From Candidatus Bathyarchaeia archaeon (lineage in GTDB: Archaea > Thermoproteota > Bathyarchaeia > 40CM-2-53-6): a DNA stretch of 64,000 bases. Shown one piece after another: positions 59,702 through 64,000 of this stretch. Below the pieces are notes generated by a model, which was not told the origin of the DNA, did not search any database, and saw nothing but the letters and a program-made list of their open reading frames with translations. Positions within the stretch are counted from its first letter, which is position 1. Each line of letters opens with the position of its first letter. A program made the position numbers and the translations under genes. The stretch is from assembly GCA_049517415.1 (NCBI GenBank), contig JBEKSC010000016.1, positions 1 to 64,000 on the forward strand, read 5' to 3'.

Positions 59702-60613
59702 CTAGATCAGTCTCCTTCTAGATAGCTTCGGGTCGATGGCTTCCCTGATGGCGTCGCCAAAGAGGTTGAATCCTAGAACTAGCACCATGATCGCTAGGCC
59801 GGGGAATGTTGCGTACCACCAGTACTGGAGGAAGAACACTCTACCCATGTTAACCATCAGGCCCCAGTCTGGGGTTGGGGGTTGGGCGCCAAGGCCTAGG
59901 AAGCTTAGTGCGGCTACCGAGAGTATTGCAGATCCCAAATCCAACGTCGCTTGAACGAGTATTGGGGCAAGAGTTGCGGGCATGATGTGCCTCACTACAA
60001 TTACGGGGTCGCCGACACCAATCGCTCTGGCTGCGTCTACGTATGGCAGGTTCTTAGTAGCCAAAGCTTGCGAGTAAGCCAGCCTTGTGTACCATGGCCA
60101 CCAAGTGACAATTAAGGCTAGGACCGCGTTGATTATACTCCCGCCGAGAGTTGCCGCCACCGCCAATGCCAAAAGAAGCGGCGGGAAAGCTAGGAACATG
60201 TCGGTAATTCTCATTATTATTGAGCCAATTTTCTCCCCATAGTAGCCTGCAACCGCGCCAAGGGGGACACCGATAATTAGGGCTGAGCCAACAATAGCCG
60301 CACTTGTAAGTAGTGAGATTCTAGCACCGAATATTACTCGGCTGAAAATATCTCTGCCGAATTCATCTGTTCCGAACGGGAACTGCCAGCTCGGAGGAAG
60401 TAGCTGATGCACAAGGTCTGGAGCACCTTGAGCTTGTAACGGATATGGCGCGACGTAGGGCCCAATAATTCCAAGTACGAGAAAGACGACGATTATCGCT
60501 AGCCCAATCAATGAGAGCGGATTCCTCACTACGAGCTTGAGAAAAATTCTGGCCTCCTTGAACCGTTGCGCGTTTTGTGCTTGTGAACTTGCGAGCGCTT
60601 TCTGCTCGGTCAT
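59702..60613 (-). CDS. oppC: oligopeptide/dipeptide ABC permease
   Basis: FGTDEFGRDIFSR, YVDAARAIG, LSFLGLG. Confidence 0.93.
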   Translation of the reverse strand: MTEQKALASSQAQNAQRFKEARIFLKLVVRNPLSLIGLAIIVVFLVLGIIGPYVAPYPLQAQGAPDLVHQLLPPSWQFPFGTDEFGRDIFSRVIFGARISLLTSAAIVGSALIIGVPLGAVAGYYGEKIGSIIMRITDMFLAFPPLLLALAVAATLGGSIINAVLALIVTWWPWYTRLAYSQALATKNLPYVDAARAIGVGDPVIVVRHIMPATLAPILVQATLDLGSAILSVAALSFLGLGAQPPTPDWGLMVNMGRVFFLQYWWYATFPGLAIMVLVLGFNLFGDAIREAIDPKLSRRRLI

Positions 60614-61635
60614 AGCGTAACCCTCGGATCCATGAAGGCTTGGAAGATGTCGACGAGTAAGTTGATAACGACGTAGAACGCCGCGACTACGATCACTGTA
60701 CCCATTATGGCTGGATAATCCAGGGCTAGGATGGAGAGAGCAGTGTAAGTTCCTAGCCCGGGCCAGACGAAAATTATCTCAATTAGAAAGGCGCCCGTCA
60801 GAGAATATGCAAATGACATTCCTAGTGCTATTACAGTTGACGATATCGCATTCTTCAAAGCATATTTGAAGAGGATTATTCGTTGAGGGAGACCCCAGGC
60901 GAATGCGGACCGGGTGTAGTTCTCTTGGAGGGCCTCGATCATCATAGTTCTAACCATTCTAACGGTCAGCCCGAACGGGTACGTTGCAAGGGCTAGGGCA
61001 GGAAGAAAGAGGTGCCATAGACTGTTGGAGAAGACAATGAAATTGCCTTCGAAGAGGCTGTCGATCAGGTTGAAGCCAGTTATCGTCCTTAGCGGGTAGA
61101 TGATGGACACGTCCGTGCTGAGCCTTCCGCCTAACGGGAACAGGCCGAGATCCTGCCCAAATATGATCTGGAGGATCATGGCCAACCAAAACGGAGCCAT
61201 TGAGACCCCTATGATTGCAACAACTCGTCCAAAGTGATCTAGAAGGTGGTCCCGGTGTGAGGCGGAATAAACGCCTACAAGAACGCCTCCAACTACCGCT
61301 ATCACGAACGCGCACGTGATCAACTCAAGGGTCGCCGCCAATCCTACTCCTACATCGTACAAGACAGGGTTGTGAGTCCTTATCGACATTCCCAAGTTGC
61401 CGTGCAGGAGATCTGTGACATAGATGTAGAATTGAACGTATAGCGGTTTGTTTAGGCCGAGCGTCTCCTTCGCATTTTGAATCTCTTCGGCGGTCGGATG
61501 AGAGCCGGCATAGAGGGCCGCAGGGTTTCCCGGAATAACGTGGGAGACTAGAAAGGTGATTAGCAATACGCCAACTATCACTATTGCGGCGTGTGCAACT
61601 CTGCGTACTATGTATTGCCTAAGGCCTTTTACCAA
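60610..61635 (-). CDS. oppB: oligopeptide/dipeptide ABC permease
   Basis: IPGNPA, GLNKPLYVQF, HLFLPALAL, IEIIFVWPGLG. Confidence 0.93.
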   Translation of the reverse strand: MVKGLRQYIVRRVAHAAIVIVGVLLITFLVSHVIPGNPAALYAGSHPTAEEIQNAKETLGLNKPLYVQFYIYVTDLLHGNLGMSIRTHNPVLYDVGVGLAATLELITCAFVIAVVGGVLVGVYSASHRDHLLDHFGRVVAIIGVSMAPFWLAMILQIIFGQDLGLFPLGGRLSTDVSIIYPLRTITGFNLIDSLFEGNFIVFSNSLWHLFLPALALATYPFGLTVRMVRTMMIEALQENYTRSAFAWGLPQRIILFKYALKNAISSTVIALGMSFAYSLTGAFLIEIIFVWPGLGTYTALSILALDYPAIMGTVIVVAAFYVVINLLVDIFQAFMDPRVTL

Positions 61636-61886
61636 TTTCTGGTCGCTGCACTATTCAGCTGCTCCGAGTACGCACAGGAATAAATCTCCAGCATAGTAGA
61701 CCCGGCACTCTTCAACCTACCAGCACGGGCATAACGCATCTGTCTGGTCACATCAATCCATGGACCAAGCTCGTCGATTGGAGACAATTCTCATATCACT
61801 CATACGTGACAGGACAGTCAACTGATTAGAATCATTTCATCCACCGGTGGGTATTTAAAAGTTGTAACGTAATTCCCAAGTCTAAA

Positions 61887-62594
61887 GTGAGAACGACGAA
61901 GCTCCTAATCATCAACCCCGTAGGACATACGACGTGGGACGAGCAAGACAAGAAGCTTTACGAGAGCTTCGATCCAAATTCTGAAATGACCGTTATTTCA
62001 TTACCGAAAGGCCCCCCGAGCGTCGAGACCCACCAAGCACACAGGCAAGTAATCCCATTAATCGTCGAACTTGCAAAGAAGATGCATCGAGATTTCGACG
62101 CGCTTGTGGTAAACTGCTATTTAGATCCGGCAGTGGATGCTCTACGGAAGGCTCTGAGAAAACCCGTAATGGGTCCTTGCGAAGCCTCACTCGCCCTAGC
62201 ATCTATGATCGGCACAAGAGTCGGCGTCGTGACGGTGCATGGGGAAGCGTTGTCAATGATCCGGACCAAAGTCAGACAGCTAGATCCTCACAGAAGAGTG
62301 AAAGCAATAACCGGGATTCCAATGGGAGTTCTCGATTTGAATGAGGATCTAGATCAAACGAAGCAGAGAATTGTCGAAGAAGTGCAGCGCCTACGAGATA
62401 ATCGCCGCATCGACGTAATCTGCCTTGGTTGTACAGGGCTGGGAGGTTTAGCCCAGTTTACGCAGCAGGCAACCGAGATCCCTGTAATAGATCCGATCGG
62501 CGCGGCCGTCGAATTAGCACGTGCAGCAGTTGGTCTAAATCTCTACACTTCGAGCCCAACGCGAAGCCGTCAAATCGCTATTGCTAAAACTTAA
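61887..62594 (+). CDS. hydantoin racemase family protein
   Basis: IINP, GPPSVE, NCYLDP, LGCTG, PVIDP. Confidence 0.9.
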   Translation: MRTTKLLIINPVGHTTWDEQDKKLYESFDPNSEMTVISLPKGPPSVETHQAHRQVIPLIVELAKKMHRDFDALVVNCYLDPAVDALRKALRKPVMGPCEASLALASMIGTRVGVVTVHGEALSMIRTKVRQLDPHRRVKAITGIPMGVLDLNEDLDQTKQRIVEEVQRLRDNRRIDVICLGCTGLGGLAQFTQQATEIPVIDPIGAAVELARAAVGLNLYTSSPTRSRQIAIAKT

Positions 62595-62798
62595 TTGATT
62601 TCTTAGAGTTTCCTGACCTGCAACAAACGCTGGGAACAGTCAAAGCCTCGCGGTAGCCGAGGTAGGGGCAGCCAATGTCCGGCGGGGGATTGGCATCAGA
62701 CTTCGCCGTAACCCAAGCTTCCGCTGCGGCTCTTGCGCTCTCGTTCGCGATCGGTACCGTCCCAGGCCTTCGACCAATCAGCCTGGGGGTTGATTCTG

Positions 62799-64000
62799 TT
62801 AGGAGGTTTGGTGGAGTTGGTAGAAGAACACGACGGTTGTGTAAAGTGGGTCGTATTGGAATCCCGATATGTTGCTCCGAAGGACGTGTACATCTGTTAG
62901 GTCCCAAAGGAACAAGCAGGATGCGTCGTTGACGAGCTTGTTCTCAGCCTGGTAGTACAATTGGTAGGCAGCTGGCCTGTTCGAGCCCTCCTCCGCATAG
63001 GCGGTGTCAATCAAACCGTCAAAGTCTGGGTGATAGTAGTAGCCTAGGTTGAAGACTGGAGATGACTCGGTGTGGAACAAGTTGAGTAGGAAGTCGTATG
63101 GTGAGAGTATTGTTGGCCACCAGTAGAAGATGAAAATATCCTGAGCTTGCTGGAATGGACCTTGCGCTAAGCTCCATTGCTGTTCCCACGCCATGGCACG
63201 GATTTGGACGTTTATGTTCAAGGCTTTGAGGGAGTTTGCGATTAGTTCCGAGGTCCCTTCCTCCCTTACATCGCCCGCAGTGTAGGTTAGGAGCAAGTTG
63301 AAGCCACCATTCGGGTAACCGGCTTGGGCGAGCAGCTGCTTAGCTTTGGTCAAGTCGTATGAGTACTGAGTTAGATTGTTGAAGTGTCCCGGCATTCCGT
63401 GGGGGATTGGGCCGACGGATACGTTTCCGAACCCATGCAGGACGTTCGTAACCATCTCTTGGTAGGGAATGGCGTAGGAAACTGCTTGCCGAATTAGAGT
63501 ATTGTTGAAGGGGAATTTCTTATTGTTAAGCAAGCCGTACAAGGTCTGGTATTGTGGGGTTGCGACGACCTTAAGGTTCGGATCGGCTTGGAGGCTCGGT
63601 ATGTCCGCGGGTGGAACATACTCTGCGATTTGAATTTCTCCAGACTTGACCATTTCTTCTTGTACCGTTTCATCACGCACTATTTTCACAACTGCCGTAT
63701 CGTATTGGTCGCTGGTCCATCCGCCCCAGTAACCTGGAACTTTTTGCATGTCAACTTCGTTCTGTGGGTCCCACTTGGTGATAGTGTAGGGTCCCGTTCC
63801 ATCATCATGGCCAGCGTTGAACCATTGGGACGCGTTCGGGAACCCAGCCGCCTTGGCCAGGCTGTCGATCTGTGGGCTCATGATCCAAGCTCCGTAACTT
63901 GCACATGCGACAACATCAAGTGGCGTCGGACTGCTGAGTATGAACTGAACGGTGTATGTGTCCAGGATGTTGATTTGCTTCACGGTGCTCCAGATGTAGG
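62799..64000 (-). CDS. oppA: family 5 peptide ABC substrate-binding protein (5' end outside the window)
   Basis: GTGPY, PFNNTLIRQAVSYAI, YDLTKAKQLLAQAG, NLGYY. Confidence 0.92.
   Translation of the reverse strand, partial: YIWSTVKQINILDTYTVQFILSSPTPLDVVACASYGAWIMSPQIDSLAKAAGFPNASQWFNAGHDDGTGPYTITKWDPQNEVDMQKVPGYWGGWTSDQYDTAVVKIVRDETVQEEMVKSGEIQIAEYVPPADIPSLQADPNLKVVATPQYQTLYGLLNNKKFPFNNTLIRQAVSYAIPYQEMVTNVLHGFGNVSVGPIPHGMPGHFNNLTQYSYDLTKAKQLLAQAGYPNGGFNLLLTYTAGDVREEGTSELIANSLKALNINVQIRAMAWEQQWSLAQGPFQQAQDIFIFYWWPTILSPYDFLLNLFHTESSPVFNLGYYYHPDFDGLIDTAYAEEGSNRPAAYQLYYQAENKLVNDASCLFLWDLTDVHVLRSNISGFQYDPLYTTVVFFYQLHQTS

Noticed and set aside
62645..62788. Hammerhead or HDV-like ribozyme
   Set aside because: Could not place the CUGAUGA/GAAA core or a nested double pseudoknot.
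347..63676. Numerous antisense or alternate-frame ORFs of 60-220 aa inside called genes
   Set aside because: Shadow ORFs without motifs that overlap well-supported genes.

Overview
Archaeal DNA. This is inferred from the nurA-herA-mre11-rad50 operon, TrmB and AbrB-PhoU regulators, a FUN14 protein and a BHB-type tRNA intron; the gene styles suggest a TACK lineage such as Bathyarchaeia, which I cannot confirm. The window has three zones. (1) 1-10 kb: the end of a Cys-rich hexapeptide-repeat protein, a class III nucleotide cyclase-TPR protein, small Zn-ribbon genes, a PhoU-like regulator, msrA, an APC permease with TrmB, and a SAM methyltransferase. (2) ~10-46.6 kb: a partly decayed defence/mobile region built around the double-strand-break resection operon. 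It holds several PD-(D/E)xK nucleases, a Cas4-like gene with an SF1 helicase-PLD-OB fusion, a CoiA-like nuclease, PIN-GNAT plus ASCH, an Nmad3-like pseudogene, and Lrp/FUN14/nurA/herA/mre11/rad50 followed immediately by an OLD-family ATPase-TOPRIM nuclease. After these come an N6-MTase/type IIG/C5-MTase/HhH-glycosylase block, two tandem tyrosine integrases each preceded by a tRNA 3' fragment (one with a clean 66-nt BHB intron in the T-loop), an orphan terminase module, and an MvaI/BcnI-like RM pair. (3) 47-64 kb: metabolic genes (proline dehydrogenase, rubrerythrin, truncated ferritin, Tat-exported DUF1254, deiodinase-like nitroreductase) and a peptide ABC transporter/peptidase/racemase catabolic cluster. 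The strongest novelty candidates are the OLD nuclease attached to the resection operon, the tRNA-fragment/tandem-integrase/terminase-only element, the helicase-PLD-OB fusion and the (CEPDQV)n peptide. All family calls come from visual motif recognition; no database searches were run.
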